DNA of 64,000 bases from Thiothrix sp. (GTDB taxonomy: Bacteria; Pseudomonadota; Gammaproteobacteria; Thiotrichales; Thiotrichaceae). The first letter of the stretch is position 1; every line of letters begins with the position of its first letter. Shown piece after piece: positions 63,419 to 64,000 of this stretch. The notes beneath the pieces are model-generated. The model did no database searches. It had not been told where the DNA came from and was given only the letters and a program-made list of their open reading frames with translations. The stretch is taken from NCBI GenBank assembly GCA_020442915.1, contig JAGRJD010000022.1, positions 4,748 through 68,747 on the forward strand, written 5' to 3'. Position numbers and translations under genes: made by a program.

Positions 63419-64000
63419 TTGAGATTGCAATACCGTTTGAGTACCGTAATTCCTTCGCCACCGATTGATGACCGGATCACTGTCCGTTTCGAGCTGGAAC
63501 CTGTCGATACCGAACGGCTCATCAATCTGTGTGGCCAGTTTGACCGCCACCTGCGCCAGCTGGAAGCTGCGTTGGGGGTTGATATCCTGAATCGTGGCCA
63601 CCAGTTCAGTGTGACGGCCTCTCCTGATGTTGCCCAGACTGCTGTCAACCTGATTCGCGACCTTTACCGGGAAACCCGCGAGCAGGTGCTCAATGCCGAG
63701 CAGGTGCATCTTTTTCTGCAGCAGGCCAATCTGGAACAGCTGGCCGGTACGCATCAGGAGAGCGTACGCATCCGTACCCGGCGCGGCTATATCAAGCCCA
63801 AGGGCGCTGCCCAGGCCCGGTATATCGAGAATATCCGCCGCCATGACGTGAGTTTCGGGGTCGGCCCTGCCGGTACCGGCAAGACCTGGCTGGCGGTGGC
63901 CTGCGCGGTCGAAGCCCTGGAGCGTGACGAGGTGCGGCGGCTGGTGCTGGTGCGTCCGGCGGTTGAGGCCGGTGAGCGACTGGGCTTTCTGCCCGGCGAT
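63419..64000 (+). CDS. phoH: PhoH-family ATPase (YbeZ-like), 5' part; runs off the window end. Start uncertain (TTG at 63419, 63425 or 63437).
   Basis: The frame is open from 63365 to 64000. It reads ...LEPVDTERLINLCGQFDRHLRQLEAALGVDILNRGHQF...FGVGPAGTGKTWLAVACAVEALE...RPAVEAGERLGFLPGD, colinear with E. coli YbeZ. Confidence 0.85.
   Translation, partial: MRLQYRLSTVIPSPPIDDRITVRFELEPVDTERLINLCGQFDRHLRQLEAALGVDILNRGHQFSVTASPDVAQTAVNLIRDLYRETREQVLNAEQVHLFLQQANLEQLAGTHQESVRIRTRRGYIKPKGAAQARYIENIRRHDVSFGVGPAGTGKTWLAVACAVEALERDEVRRLVLVRPAVEAGERLGFLPGD

Overview
This is a GC-rich proteobacterial chromosome segment, most consistent with a sulfur-oxidising gammaproteobacterium. No rRNA, tRNA, CRISPR array, transposase or integrase was recognised. 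All calls come from reading the translated ORFs and the DNA by eye; no searches were run.

**Layout**
- 1-8893: oxidative-type dsr locus, dsrB (3' end) then EFHCMKLJOP. It is followed by a decayed ATPase gene and a repeat-bearing lipoprotein gene.
- 10.0-15.1 kb: LPS-core-like glycan cluster with GT4, an AsnB-like amidotransferase, a sulfotransferase, gmhB and GT25.
- 15.2-24.6 kb: housekeeping block with an MFS transporter, orn, tonB-like, yqgE, ruvX, pyrR, pyrB, pyrC', trmL, ribF and fbp. I recall this gene order from Pseudomonas.
- 24.6-27.7 kb: AT-rich control region, then an ECF sigma / anti-sigma / secreted S8 peptidase module.
- 27.7-31.1 kb: hemF, hisH, hisB, rnd.
- 31.2-34.6 kb: an orphan promoter-terminator pair (candidate sRNA), then a translationally coupled gene pair.
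- 34.7-47.0 kb: uup, three uncharacterised envelope or STAND-like genes, yidD, a 2-hydroxyacid dehydrogenase, hisI, DUF971, hslVU, an AI-2E transporter, a methyltransferase, a small HExxH protein and a CopD-like protein.
- 47.0-62.1 kb: minus-strand Wzx/Wzy-type exopolysaccharide locus of 15 genes, headed by rfbACDB.
- 62.3-64.0 kb: murB and the 5' part of phoH/ybeZ.

**Best candidate for something undescribed: the gene pair at 31363-34607**
- One gene encodes a surface-anchor scaffold with a possibly cohesin-like N-terminal domain, two Calx-beta modules and an IPTL-CTERM-like sorting tail.
- The other encodes a trypsin-fold protease ending in dockerin-like repeats.
- I read this as a possible protease-display system. 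That is inference from motifs only.

**Secondary leads**
- The ECF / anti-sigma / S8 module.
- Two strand-specific intrinsic terminators that no annotated gene explains.
- The zinc-ribbon / TM / helical-repeat gene trio at 36.6-39.8 kb.
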